24,000 bases of DNA. Source: Reyranella sp. GTDB taxonomy: Bacteria > Pseudomonadota > Alphaproteobacteria > Reyranellales > Reyranellaceae. A program made the translations under genes and the position numbers. Of the stretch, positions 1 to 9,078 are shown in pieces. The first letter of the stretch is position 1. Each line of letters opens with the position of its first letter. The stretch lies in the NCBI RefSeq assembly GCF_965279465.1, contig NZ_OZ257242.1, positions 1,757,422 through 1,781,421 on the forward strand, written 5' to 3'. The notes under the pieces were generated by a model. That model saw only the letters and a list, made by a program, of their open reading frames with translations. It was not told the origin of the DNA and made no database searches.

Positions 1-725
1 TGTTCACGACCGACAATGGTGCGGAAGTCATTACCTATCCAGACGGCGGCACGACTCCATTCCGAGGCGGAAAACTCACCACTTGGGAAGGCGGCATGCG
101 CGCGCCGCTCGTCGTGCGCTGGCCGAATCACATCAAGCCAGGCACGGTCAAGAAGGAAATGTTTGCGTCCCTCGATTGGCTGCCGACATTGGTGAACGCC
201 GCCGGCGGACCAAAGGGCGACGCGTTGAAGAAGCAGATCGAAGCGGGCACGTACCCCGGCATCGTCAAGACGACGCTCGATGGCTTCGATCAGCGCGATT
301 ATCTCGAAGGGAAGAGCGAGAAATCGGCGCGGGATACGTTCTTCTATTACACCGGCCCCGTACCGTCGGCCGTTCGATACAAGAACTGGAAGTTCTACTA
401 CACGATGTTCCCCGATACCTCGACAGGGGGAATAACAGGGGCCACGACCTATCACTGGACCCAGATTGGGAACATTCTGCGCGACCCCTTCGAGATCGCT
501 GTCGCCACCCAAGACAAGACCACGATGGGATATGGCGGCGCGTTAGCCGGTCCGAGCACCGCTTACCTTTACAACTGGAACATCCTGCCGATCGGCCAGT
601 TGCTGTGGACGAAGGAGCTCGAGTCTTACGCCGCATTCCCACCGCTCCAGGACCCATCGAGCTACAACTTGTCGGCCATTTTGGATCGGATGAAGAAAGA
701 CGGACACCGCAACCCGAGTGAATAG
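1..725 (+). CDS. Arylsulfatase (alkaline-phosphatase superfamily), C-terminal part; the 5' end lies outside the window
   Basis: Frame 3 is open from nt 3 and reads FTTDNGAEVITYPDGGTTPFRGGKLTTWEGGMRAPLVVRWP..., which is the typical sulfatase C-terminal core. The stop is TAG at 723-725. A formylglycine-generating enzyme gene lies 3 kb downstream. Confidence 0.85.
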   Translation, partial: FTTDNGAEVITYPDGGTTPFRGGKLTTWEGGMRAPLVVRWPNHIKPGTVKKEMFASLDWLPTLVNAAGGPKGDALKKQIEAGTYPGIVKTTLDGFDQRDYLEGKSEKSARDTFFYYTGPVPSAVRYKNWKFYYTMFPDTSTGGITGATTYHWTQIGNILRDPFEIAVATQDKTTMGYGGALAGPSTAYLYNWNILPIGQLLWTKELESYAAFPPLQDPSSYNLSAILDRMKKDGHRNPSE

Positions 726-744
726 CTGGTGTGCCGAGCCATAA

Positions 745-774
745 CGGCGGGCGCCAGGGAAGTGGCGCCCGCCG
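745..774 (+). terminator. GC-rich hairpin just downstream of the sulfatase gene; possible terminator, but it has no clear U-tract
   Basis: The stem is cggcgggcgcca (745-756) paired with tggcgcccgccg (763-774), a perfect 12 bp, with loop gggaag. It is followed by attgatgg rather than a T-run. Confidence 0.4.
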
Positions 775-950
775 ATTGATGGCGCCGCAAAGCGGGTCAT
801 CACCGCCTTCGCGGCCGGAAGCGCATTGCGCCTCCGGCGGTTTGCTCACCTCGATTAGCGCCCGAATGCAATCAGACACCCGTCGATACGAGGTTGGTTG
901 CGGCGCCAGCCTTGCAATAGCTCAGATGTCGCGATGAAGGAGCTCCGGCG

Positions 951-1655
951 ATGTGCAATGCCTGCTTTGCGCGCGGTTTGTCCCGACGCCTTGTCTTGGG
1001 CGGTGGACTGGCTGCAGCGGCGGTCACGACCTGCATCGGCCCAGCAAAGTCGCAACCCGTCAGAGCGGCCGAAACTCCCGATGCGGCGCTCAACCTCCTG
1101 CTGGAAGGAAATGAGCGATATGCGTCGAACCGGTTGAACGAGCGGGATTTCTCCGCCAGCCGCGCGGCTCGGGCGCAGGGCCAGGCGCCGTTCGCGGCCA
1201 TTCTGGGCTGTGCCGACTCCCGGGTCGCGCCCGAGCTCGCCTTCGACCGAATGCCGGGCGACCTCTTCGTGGTGCGTGTCGCCGGCAATTTCATGACGCC
1301 CGATGGACTTGCGAGCCTGGAGTATGGCGCCGCCGTTCTCGGAACGAAGATCGTCATGGTCCTTGGTCATACGGCGTGCGGCGCCGTGAATGCCACGGTC
1401 GGCGCGCTGCAAAAGGGCAATGACTTGCCCGGCCACATCGCCGATCTCGTGCGGGCCATGAAGCCCGGAATTGCGCCTGTCCTCAAGGAGTCGGGCGACG
1501 ACTTGCCCGAGCGGGCCGCCGTCGCGAACGTGCGCTACACCGTCCAGCGCCTCGTCGAGGCCAGGCCGATCCTCGCCGACCTCGTTGTCGGAGGGAAGCT
1601 TCGCATCGTCGGTGCCGTCTACAACCTGGCCACCGGTAAGGTCGCGCTGGTCTAG
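951..1655 (+). CDS. Beta-class carbonic anhydrase with a Tat-type signal peptide
   Basis: The protein has the motifs LGCADSRV, GDLFVVRVAGN and VLGHTACGA, which carry the beta-CA zinc ligands Cys/His/Cys. The N-terminus, ...GLSRRLVLGGGLAAAAV..., resembles a twin-arginine signal. An AAGGAG Shine-Dalgarno sits 8 nt upstream of the ATG at 951. Confidence 0.9.
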   Translation: MCNACFARGLSRRLVLGGGLAAAAVTTCIGPAKSQPVRAAETPDAALNLLLEGNERYASNRLNERDFSASRAARAQGQAPFAAILGCADSRVAPELAFDRMPGDLFVVRVAGNFMTPDGLASLEYGAAVLGTKIVMVLGHTACGAVNATVGALQKGNDLPGHIADLVRAMKPGIAPVLKESGDDLPERAAVANVRYTVQRLVEARPILADLVVGGKLRIVGAVYNLATGKVALV

Positions 1656-1763
1656 GTGATGAGACACCGCGAATATCCTTGGCTAGCTCCTCGCGAACGC
1701 CAATAGTGTCAGCCGCCATACCACGTTGAAGGACTAAACTGGAGATACGCGCGGGGGCCGACA

Positions 1764-2711
1764 ATGGCACAGAGCCGGGTCTTTACCTTCACCGATCCCG
1801 ATGCCTACCAGGAGAAGGTCCGCGCCAGCCACGCGACCATCCTGTCGCTCGGCCGCGGCGACTTCCGGGCCGAACTGGCGCGCGTCGATTTCGATCGACT
1901 GTGGATTCAGTCAGGCTCCGACAACCTGCCGAGAATTTCTCGCTCTACGATGGACATGAAGCGCGCGGTGGTGAACTTCGTCTCCGATGGGCAGACCCCC
2001 TCGCGGCTCGGCGGGCTGGAAATGAAGGCGGACGACTTCGCCGTGTTCGGCGTGGGCGCCACGAGCGTGGTGCGCGCCGACGGAGCCTATGACTGGGGGG
2101 CGATGTCCCTTGCGCATGCCGATCTCGCAGCCGCCGGGGAGGCGATCGCTGGTCGCGAACTCACTTGTCCGACGGATACCTATCTTCTTCGGGTACTGCC
2201 CGCGTTGCTTGCGCACATTCGGGTGCTCCACGCACAAGCGATCGAACTCGCCAGAACGGCAGCCGAGACGCTTGCGATGCCCGGCGTGGCGAAGGCCTTG
2301 GAACAGCAGCTCACGCATGCCATGGTCGCGGCACTGACGGCCAATGCAGCGGGCGAGCGACGGCGGCAGCCCCGGCAGCACGCGAAGATCGTCTGCCGTT
2401 TTCTCGAGTTCCTCGAGGCGAAGCATGACGAACCCGTCTATCTCCCGGAGATCTGCGCGGCGGTTGGCGCGTCCGAACGCACGCTACGCACCTGCTGCCA
2501 GGAAGCGCTGGGCGTCGGCCCCGTGCGCTATCTCTGGCTCCGACGGATGCATCTGGCACGCCAAATGCTCCTGCGTTCCGAGCCCGCGGCGATCACCGTC
2601 ACGCGAGTTGCAACCGCGCATGGCTTCTGGGAACTCGGCCGCTTCTCCGTCGAGTACCGCGGGCTGTTCGGCGAACTACCATCCGAATCGCTACGCCGAA
2701 AAGTTGCGTAG
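1764..2711 (+). CDS. AraC/XylS-family transcriptional regulator
   Basis: The C-terminus carries the dual helix-turn-helix (ICAAVGASERTLRTCCQEALGVGPVRYLWLRRMHLARQML...ITVTRVATAHGFWELGRFSVEYRGLFGELPS). The protein is 315 aa. Confidence 0.85.
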   Translation: MAQSRVFTFTDPDAYQEKVRASHATILSLGRGDFRAELARVDFDRLWIQSGSDNLPRISRSTMDMKRAVVNFVSDGQTPSRLGGLEMKADDFAVFGVGATSVVRADGAYDWGAMSLAHADLAAAGEAIAGRELTCPTDTYLLRVLPALLAHIRVLHAQAIELARTAAETLAMPGVAKALEQQLTHAMVAALTANAAGERRRQPRQHAKIVCRFLEFLEAKHDEPVYLPEICAAVGASERTLRTCCQEALGVGPVRYLWLRRMHLARQMLLRSEPAAITVTRVATAHGFWELGRFSVEYRGLFGELPSESLRRKVA

Positions 2712-2805
2712 TGAGGTACGGCCTTCCGTTTTTGCATAGCCGAGCTCGAGGGGGGGACCATACTGCCCGCGAAAAGGGGGTCGCCCGCACGCGAGCGGAA
2801 GGTGG

Positions 2806-3759
2806 ATGGCAGGGTTCGGGACCGATAGCTTCGCTGACCCGGACGACTTTAGCGCTCGCCTCGCGAGCGCCGAGGTCCGCTTTGTCGTGACCGGCCGTGC
2901 GCGGTTCGCGGCGCGGCTGTCATGGATCGACATGCGATGTCTCCGCCTGCTCGTGGTCGAGGAAGGCGCGCCTCGTCTGGCGTTCATCTCCTTACCGCCG
3001 GCATCGGTGGCGATCTCGTTTAGCTTTTCGCGCAAGCCTTCGTTGGTGTGGAACGGAATTGCATTGCAGCGCAACGGTCTGGTGCTGCATCGGCCGGGTG
3101 ACCAATTCTACCAGCGGGTGACGGGTGCCGCGCACTGGGGTCTGCTCCTGCTCTCATCGTCGGACTTGGCACGCCATCGCCGTGCCCTGCTCGGCGGCAG
3201 CTCCTCTTTCGATTTCTACGGGCTTGTGCATCCGTGCACCGGCAGCGGCGCAAGATTGCGGCGGCTGATCGCGCAGGGAGCCCATCTCGCGGGAGGGAAA
3301 CCAGCGCTGTTGGCAAGCGCCGAGGTCGCCCGCGCGCTCGAGCAGGACCTCATACATGCAGTCGTGACGGCGCTGGGCTCCGCGGAGCCTGATCGACGGT
3401 TCGCCACACGCAATCGGCGCGCCGCCGCCATGGTACGTTTCGAGGAAGCTCTGGCGGGAGGCGGGCCTGGGCTGTCGCTGCCTGGACTTTGCGCGGCTGT
3501 AGGCGTGCCCGAACGGACCTTGCGGGTCTATTGCGCGGACTTTCTGGGCTGCAGTCCGATGGAGTATGCTCGCCTGCGCCGGTTCAATCTGGCACGCTCG
3601 GCGTTGCGTGATGCGGACAGGGGTGTGACCGGCGTCGCCGAGATCGCACGGTCTATCGGGTTCTCGGATCCCGGCCGGTTCGCCGTCGCCTATCGGGCGC
3701 TTTTCGGTGAAGCACCCCTGGAAACCCTGGCGCGACCGAAGGGCGCTTCTTCGACATGA
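2806..3759 (+). CDS. AraC/XylS-family transcriptional regulator, a collinear paralog of the upstream gene
   Basis: It has the same architecture: N-terminal F(T/A)DPD..., central ARALEQDLIHAVV matching AKALEQQLTHAMV in the upstream protein, and a C-terminal HTH (LCAAVGVPERTLRVYCADFLGCSPMEYARLRRFNLARSAL...IARSIGFSDPGRFAVAYRALFGEAP). The ATG at 2806 is preceded by GGAAGGTGG. Confidence 0.85.
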   Translation: MAGFGTDSFADPDDFSARLASAEVRFVVTGRARFAARLSWIDMRCLRLLVVEEGAPRLAFISLPPASVAISFSFSRKPSLVWNGIALQRNGLVLHRPGDQFYQRVTGAAHWGLLLLSSSDLARHRRALLGGSSSFDFYGLVHPCTGSGARLRRLIAQGAHLAGGKPALLASAEVARALEQDLIHAVVTALGSAEPDRRFATRNRRAAAMVRFEEALAGGGPGLSLPGLCAAVGVPERTLRVYCADFLGCSPMEYARLRRFNLARSALRDADRGVTGVAEIARSIGFSDPGRFAVAYRALFGEAPLETLARPKGASST

Positions 3760-4751
3760 AAGCCGACCGTGACTTGTCCCTTCGGGAAGATGTGGTGGAA
3801 CGCGCAACACTCTCCGGAATGATCGAGATTCCAGCGGGCACGTTCCGCATGGGCTCCGATGGGCACTATCCCGAGGAAGCGCCGTCGCATCGTGTCAGCG
3901 TCGATCCTTTCTGGATCGATGCGACGCCGGTCACCAACGCACAGTTCCGTGCCTTCGTAAGCGCTACCGGGTATGTCACCTGGGCTGAGCTCGATCCCGA
4001 TCCCAAGGATTATCCCGACGCCCTGCCGCATATGCTCAAGGCGGGTGGTCTCGTGTTCACCCCACCGAAGAAGGTCGTGGATTTGCGCGACTGGACCCAG
4101 TGGTGGCGCTTCACCTTCGGCGCGACCTGGAAGCGCCCGCGCGGCAAGGGTAGTCACATCGGCGGGCTCGACGAGCATCCCGTGGTGCAGATCGCCTACA
4201 CGGACGCCGAAGCCTATGCGAGATGGGCAGGGAAGCAGCTGCCGACCGAAGCCGAATGGGAATTCGCCGCTCGAGGCGGGCTGGAAGGCGCCGAGTTCGC
4301 CTGGGGCGACGAGCTGACGCCAGAGGGAAGGCACATGGCCAACACCTGGCAAGGCAATTTCCCGATTGAAAACGAGAAGTCGGATGGCTGGGCGCGCACC
4401 TCGCCTGTGCGCGCCTTTCCGCCGAACGGCTACGGCGTCTTCGACATGATCGGCAATGTCTGGGAATGGACCGCCGACTGGTACTCGGCCCGCCACACGG
4501 CCGACGCACCGAAGGCGTGCTGCATTCCGGAGAACCCGCGTGGCGCGCCGATGAAGGGCAGCTACGACCCTCGCGAGCCGAATGTCCGTATCCCGCGCAA
4601 GGTGCTGAAGGGCGGCTCGCATCTCTGCGCCCCGAACTACTGCCGCCGTTACCGTCCGGCCGCGCGTCATGCCGAGCCGGTCGATACATCGACGAGCCAT
4701 GTCGGGTTTCGCTGTGTGTCGAGGAGCCGCGATGTTGCCGAATCTGCATAG
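3756..4751 (+). CDS. Formylglycine-generating enzyme (SUMF1/FGE-sulfatase domain)
   Basis: The sequence reads IEIPAGTFRMGSD...EAPSHRVSVDPFWIDATPVTNAQFRAFV..., NVWEWTADWY and GGSHLCAPNYCRRYRPAARH, which are typical FGE family blocks. Its ATG overlaps the AraC stop as ATGA (3756-3759). Confidence 0.9.
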   Translation: MKADRDLSLREDVVERATLSGMIEIPAGTFRMGSDGHYPEEAPSHRVSVDPFWIDATPVTNAQFRAFVSATGYVTWAELDPDPKDYPDALPHMLKAGGLVFTPPKKVVDLRDWTQWWRFTFGATWKRPRGKGSHIGGLDEHPVVQIAYTDAEAYARWAGKQLPTEAEWEFAARGGLEGAEFAWGDELTPEGRHMANTWQGNFPIENEKSDGWARTSPVRAFPPNGYGVFDMIGNVWEWTADWYSARHTADAPKACCIPENPRGAPMKGSYDPREPNVRIPRKVLKGGSHLCAPNYCRRYRPAARHAEPVDTSTSHVGFRCVSRSRDVAESA

Positions 4752-4966
4752 CTGCGCGGAAAGGCTCCCCGCTATCACGGCGCACCAGCACGGGGGCGAG
4801 CCTGAGGAACGAAGAACTGAACGACACGACACGCCGTCAGCCCATCGGTGCAGGCACATCAACGCATCGCCGTGCGCTGCACTCCCCTGACGCGCATGTT
4901 CGGCGTTCCAGCCGGGTTCTGTCAGTAGCTACTACTCATTCGAAATGACATCGGTGCGCGTTGTTG

Positions 4967-6187
4967 ATGTCCGCCTTTGACTTCATCCGCGCCCATATGG
5001 GTGCATTGCCCCCGATAGCCAAGTTTGCAATCGGAATGGCACTCATCGTGATTGTGCCACGACTTTGTCGACGCGCGCTCGTACCGGACGTCGTGGGTCT
5101 CTTGCTGGTAGGTGTCGCTTTTGGACCAAGTGTGTTGGACCTTTTCAAGGATCAACGGCCAATCGCAGATTTTCTTGGAGAGTTGGGCAAGCTGTTGCTG
5201 ATGTTCTTCGCCGGACTTGGCATCGACCTCGCGCTGTTTCGACAGAAGCGGGTAAGGTCCATAATCTTTGGGGTGCTCACGACCGGCATGCCGTTGCTCC
5301 TGGGTACGGGCGTTGCGCTTGCTCTAGGCTACGAAGTTGTGCCAGCCGTTGTGATCGGCTCTCTGTTGGCTTCTCACACATTGCTGGCCGTCCCGATCGT
5401 CGCTCGGCTGGGGCTGACCGGTTCTGAACCCGTGGTGATCGCCGTCGGAGCGACGGTGCTTTCGGACACGCTTTCCCTGGTAGTCTTTGCCATCTGTGTC
5501 CCGATCTTTGTGGGTGGCTTCACCGTGAGCGGATTATTGCTGCAACTCGTGGAGATTGCGGTGTTCGTGCCCGTGATACTTTTCGGCCTCAGCCGTCTCG
5601 GGGCACGACTCCTCCGTCGCTTGGAAGATGAAGAAGGCGGTTACTTCATTCTCCTGCTGGCAATCCTTGCGACGGCTGCGGTACTGGCGGAAGCGATCAA
5701 CCTTCCGGGAATCGTCGGCAGCTTCCTCGCCGGTCTTGCGGTGAATTCGGCCGTGCACGACAAACCTGCTGCCGGAAAGCTCGAGTTCCTGAGCAATGCC
5801 TTTTTCGTTCCAATCTTCTTCTTTGTGACCGGGTTCGTGATCGACCCGGTTCTATTCGTCCAAAGCATCGTTGACCATTTTTGGACCGGAGCTGGAATAA
5901 TTGCTGCCTTGCTGGTTGGCAAATGGCTGGCCGCAGAGCTCGCGGGTCGAAGCTTCGGCTATTGCGGAGACGCGCGGCTAACTATGTGGTCGCTTACCTT
6001 GCCGCAGGTCGCAGCGACCCTGGCGGCGGCTTTGGTGGCTCTGCAGACGACGAATGCGGCGGGGAAGCCGCTTCTCGACAAGCCAATGTTCAACGCCGTT
6101 CTGGTGATGCTTGTTGTAAGCTCAACCTTAGGGCCTTTGCTCACACAGCGATTCGCCCGCCGGATGGCGCTCACCCAAAGAGCATAA
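4967..6187 (+). CDS. Cation:proton antiporter (CPA2 / Na+/H+-exchanger family membrane protein)
   Basis: The protein is about 406 aa and highly hydrophobic, with many predicted transmembrane helices. It has family-like segments (GPSVLDL...IADFLGELGKLLLMFFAGLGIDL and GIVGSFLAGLAV). The first ATG in the ORF is at 4967; the track start at 4961 is TTG. Confidence 0.85.
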   Translation: MSAFDFIRAHMGALPPIAKFAIGMALIVIVPRLCRRALVPDVVGLLLVGVAFGPSVLDLFKDQRPIADFLGELGKLLLMFFAGLGIDLALFRQKRVRSIIFGVLTTGMPLLLGTGVALALGYEVVPAVVIGSLLASHTLLAVPIVARLGLTGSEPVVIAVGATVLSDTLSLVVFAICVPIFVGGFTVSGLLLQLVEIAVFVPVILFGLSRLGARLLRRLEDEEGGYFILLLAILATAAVLAEAINLPGIVGSFLAGLAVNSAVHDKPAAGKLEFLSNAFFVPIFFFVTGFVIDPVLFVQSIVDHFWTGAGIIAALLVGKWLAAELAGRSFGYCGDARLTMWSLTLPQVAATLAAALVALQTTNAAGKPLLDKPMFNAVLVMLVVSSTLGPLLTQRFARRMALTQRA

Positions 6188-6242
6188 GGCCGGACGTCGA
6201 GAGCCGCCGTAGCGGGCAGGTCGCACCAAAGCTAGCGCCCAC

Positions 6243-6262
6243 GAGAGCCGCGCTCCCAGCAG
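6243..6262. repeat. Truncated copy (20 nt) of the palindromic repeat subfamily seen at 18343-18422
   Basis: The sequence gagagccgcgctcccagcag at 6243-6262 is identical to 18404-18423. It lies in the convergent intergenic gap between the antiporter and the crotonase genes. No complete hairpin is retained here. Confidence 0.5.
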
Positions 6263-6303
6263 TAAGTAAGAGAGATTCAAAGGCTCTCGGCGGCGCCGGT
6301 ACG

Positions 6304-7575
6304 CTACGCCTTCCTGTTCTGGGCGTTCCAGAACAGTTCAAGGTTGGAGATCAGGGCGGGGCTGAAATGGCAGCGCGCCTGCTCCCGCGCATAGAGGGCG
6401 GCGTACTGGCGGAAGAGGTCGAACGGCTCGGCGGCGAGCCGCAGCGCACGGCGGTTGCCGATCGCGCCGACCGCGCCCGAGCCGGTCAGGCGGTCGATCA
6501 CCCGCTCGATCGTGGCGTCGATCTCGTCCGGCGCCACGACCTCGTCGCAGATCATGCGGCCGACGTCGGAATCGCACTCGATGCGGCGTTCGTACATGAT
6601 CGCCTGGCGCGCGATGCGGTCGCCGACGAAGCGCGCGAGGCGGAGGTTCGCCATCGCGGGAATGATGCCTTCCTTGCGCGCCGGCAGGGTCATGTAGGCG
6701 TCGCGCGCGGCGATGTTGAAGTCGGTCGCAAGCAGGATCTGGCAGCCGCCGCCGATCGCGAAGGTCTCGACCGCCGAGATCCAGAGCTTCTCGATCGAAT
6801 CGCCCGAGACCTCGTCGGGCGGCACATCGGGCTTGGCCAGCCCGCGGAACATCTTGTTCACGAAACCCAGGTCGCGGATCAGGAACCACAGGAACGGGAT
6901 CTTGCCGTGGTAGAGATGCGTCAGGTTGATGCCGGCGTTGAACACGCGGCGGCCGGCATACTTGCCGGACGGCACCACGTCGCCGCGCAGCACCGCGACC
7001 TGGCTGTCGGGGTCCAGGATGCAGACGTCGGCGCCGATCTCGGTCGCGGTTTGCGTCGCATTGTCCTCGGCATTGAGGAAACGCTTGTTGGACAGCAGCA
7101 GCACCGCGGCCTTGCCGTGCCGCTCGACCCGCGCCGTGCCGAGATCGAGCACGCCGTCGCGCCGGAACCTGGCCAGCGCCTCGACCGACTCCTCGCGCGG
7201 CAGCAGCATGGCGTGGCAGAGATGGCGGCCGCACTCCGGGTCGGCGAGGAACTGGTTGGAGAGGATGCCCTGGTCGATCTCGACGCCCTGCTTGTCCGCC
7301 TGCTTGAGCTCCGATTCGGCGTCGACTTCGGCCTTGGTCGGCGCGAGGCCGGGCACTGCCGCGGCAGCGCCGTAGACCAGCCGCTCGACGCGCACGAACT
7401 TCCGCCGGCCGTCGGTCAGCCTGTCGTAGAGCGTGCGCGCATGGCGACGCAGGAAAGCATGGCGGGCTTCGCGTGCGGCCTGCTTGTCCGGCGCGCCGCG
7501 CCAAAAGGCGGAAAAGGCCGCCACATCGGCGTTGTAGTCGTCGCTTGTTTTCGGCGCTGCCACGGCCGTGTCCAT
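6304..7575 (-). CDS. Enoyl-CoA hydratase/isomerase (crotonase) superfamily protein with a roughly 175-aa N-terminal extension; the layout resembles DpgC
   Basis: The crotonase core is visible (FNAGINLTHLY...; AIGGGCQILLATDFNIAARDAYMTLPARKEGIIPAMANLRLARFVG). I moved the start to the ATG at 7575 (MDTAVAAPK...), which is preceded by GGAAGG. The 463-aa track ORF begins further upstream in sequence that looks non-coding. Confidence 0.8.
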   Translation of the reverse strand: MDTAVAAPKTSDDYNADVAAFSAFWRGAPDKQAAREARHAFLRRHARTLYDRLTDGRRKFVRVERLVYGAAAAVPGLAPTKAEVDAESELKQADKQGVEIDQGILSNQFLADPECGRHLCHAMLLPREESVEALARFRRDGVLDLGTARVERHGKAAVLLLSNKRFLNAEDNATQTATEIGADVCILDPDSQVAVLRGDVVPSGKYAGRRVFNAGINLTHLYHGKIPFLWFLIRDLGFVNKMFRGLAKPDVPPDEVSGDSIEKLWISAVETFAIGGGCQILLATDFNIAARDAYMTLPARKEGIIPAMANLRLARFVGDRIARQAIMYERRIECDSDVGRMICDEVVAPDEIDATIERVIDRLTGSGAVGAIGNRRALRLAAEPFDLFRQYAALYAREQARCHFSPALISNLELFWNAQNRKA

Positions 7576-8010
7576 GGAGACCTTCCTTTTCTGAACATGT
7601 CGGTCCTGAAGCGGGATTCTTACTCTTCCTTCCAGGTGAGAAGGCCGAAAAAATTCGTGGAGCATGAAGCGCCTGCCAGGCCAGATTCGGCGCAAAGCCC
7701 GCTCGTGACGGCGTGCTGCGCCGGGTCGGTGGCGTTCCGGAATCGAGCCGATATCACGTGCCTATTGTGGACCGGCTGCCGCCACTCGCCATAACCGATG
7801 CCGAAGGACTACCGACCGCACGAACAGTCGCCGATTGCTAGGCTTGACGGCTACCGCCGCCGTGCCAACCCGACGCGATCGGGGCACGACAGATGCCGGA
7901 CCAGTCAATCGCGACGCCGCGCGACCGATCCGACACGGTATTGGAGAGCACGCCAATGAGCCGGAATGTGTCTTCGGTTCAGTTTCCCGTTCGAGGACGG
8001 TTACCCCGGA

Positions 8011-9078
8011 CTATGCGACATCCAGTTGCGCCTCGTCGCAAAGCACTTCCGACACGCGTTGCCGTTGCCTGTCTTGTCTTGCAACGATGGACGATCTCTT
8101 CCTTCTCGGTATCGGAGGAGCACTGCTTTGGTCTGTCGCATGCCGGAAGAACAGGCTCATTACGTGCTCGACGCCATCATCCGTGACATTCCGAAGGGTG
8201 TCGTCGAAATAGTCTCCCCGGGAATGCTGCCCGGTGATGATCTCGAATGAAGGAAAGTAGTGCACGTCTGGCAGAACCTGACACAGGATGTCCGCTGCCA
8301 CTCGCAGCCGAGCTTTGGAGACTGTCGTGGAGACCAGCACATGACGATCCTCTGCCGTGGCGGCGAGCGGCACGGGTGAAACCGTCAGGATAATACGGAC
8401 CTTGGGGTTTTTCGCGCGCATTATGCGTATCGCGCGCTTCATGTCCGCCACGACCTCGTTTACACTGAAATTAAGCAATCCGTACTTGTCCGGGTCAAAA
8501 ACGCCACCGGAGACGCCCGGGCATACTGGGTATACAGATCCGTCCTTCTTGTTGCTCCATGTCTCAGTGAGACCAAGTGTGAAGACGAAAACTTTCGCCC
8601 GGCGTATGGCGAGTTTCACCTTGGTGAGGTGCTGGTCACGGTCAAGCCGCAGCTCTTCTACCGTGCGGAAGCCATCCGGATTGATCGACGGGCGGAACGG
8701 GTCGACAAATCGATCTCCGTGCGCCCAGCTATCCTCTTCAGGGGTGAACTTGCCATAGGCTCGTTCGAGCAGCTGAAGCAATTGCCGTGAGGTATAGATA
8801 TTGCCATAGCGCGCGGAAAACATTCCGTAGTTATGTGCTTCGGCTATCTCGGGTGACAGCAGTGGATGCGCTGGCTCGGCAACGTAATGCTGGAATTCAG
8901 CCTTGGTCAGATATCTTGCTATGTGTTGAGCGAAGCAACTTCCCGCGGTAACGATATTGTCGGAACGACTGATCTTGAAGGGGAATGATACAACCGGATC
9001 AACATCCTCCCGCGATACGCCGCCCATCGCACGGCTCCATCGACGGTAGGCTGGCGCGTTGGAATATGGATGTTTCAT
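8011..9078 (-). CDS. GSCFA-family protein (uncharacterised family, SGNH-hydrolase-like)
   Basis: It contains the eponymous motif ...IVTAGSCFAQHIARYL, plus FVDPFRP, TLGLTETW, LTVSPVPLAAT and YFPSFEI. The ATG at 9078 (MKHPYS...) overlaps the stop of the upstream gene as ATGA (9075-9078). Confidence 0.8.
   Translation of the reverse strand: MKHPYSNAPAYRRWSRAMGGVSREDVDPVVSFPFKISRSDNIVTAGSCFAQHIARYLTKAEFQHYVAEPAHPLLSPEIAEAHNYGMFSARYGNIYTSRQLLQLLERAYGKFTPEEDSWAHGDRFVDPFRPSINPDGFRTVEELRLDRDQHLTKVKLAIRRAKVFVFTLGLTETWSNKKDGSVYPVCPGVSGGVFDPDKYGLLNFSVNEVVADMKRAIRIMRAKNPKVRIILTVSPVPLAATAEDRHVLVSTTVSKARLRVAADILCQVLPDVHYFPSFEIITGQHSRGDYFDDTLRNVTDDGVEHVMSLFFRHATDQSSAPPIPRRKRSSIVARQDRQRQRVSEVLCDEAQLDVA

Noticed and set aside
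3690-4862. A 390-aa minus-strand ORF antisense to the FGE gene, and a 238-aa ORF at 4111-4827
   Set aside because: There are no recognisable motifs and the composition is biased. The plus-strand frame has unmistakable FGE blocks.
5881-7794. A 637-aa plus-strand ORF, and a 388-aa minus-strand alternative frame (6338-7504), over the crotonase gene
   Set aside because: Both are rich in R/A/G/D with no motifs. The 6304-7575 frame carries the crotonase signature, so these are shadow frames.
7858-7885. An imperfect hairpin cgtgcc...ggcacg downstream of the GSCFA gene, considered as a terminator
   Set aside because: The stem is interrupted, there is no U-tract on the relevant strand, and it lies about 125 nt past the stop codon. 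The evidence is too weak to annotate.
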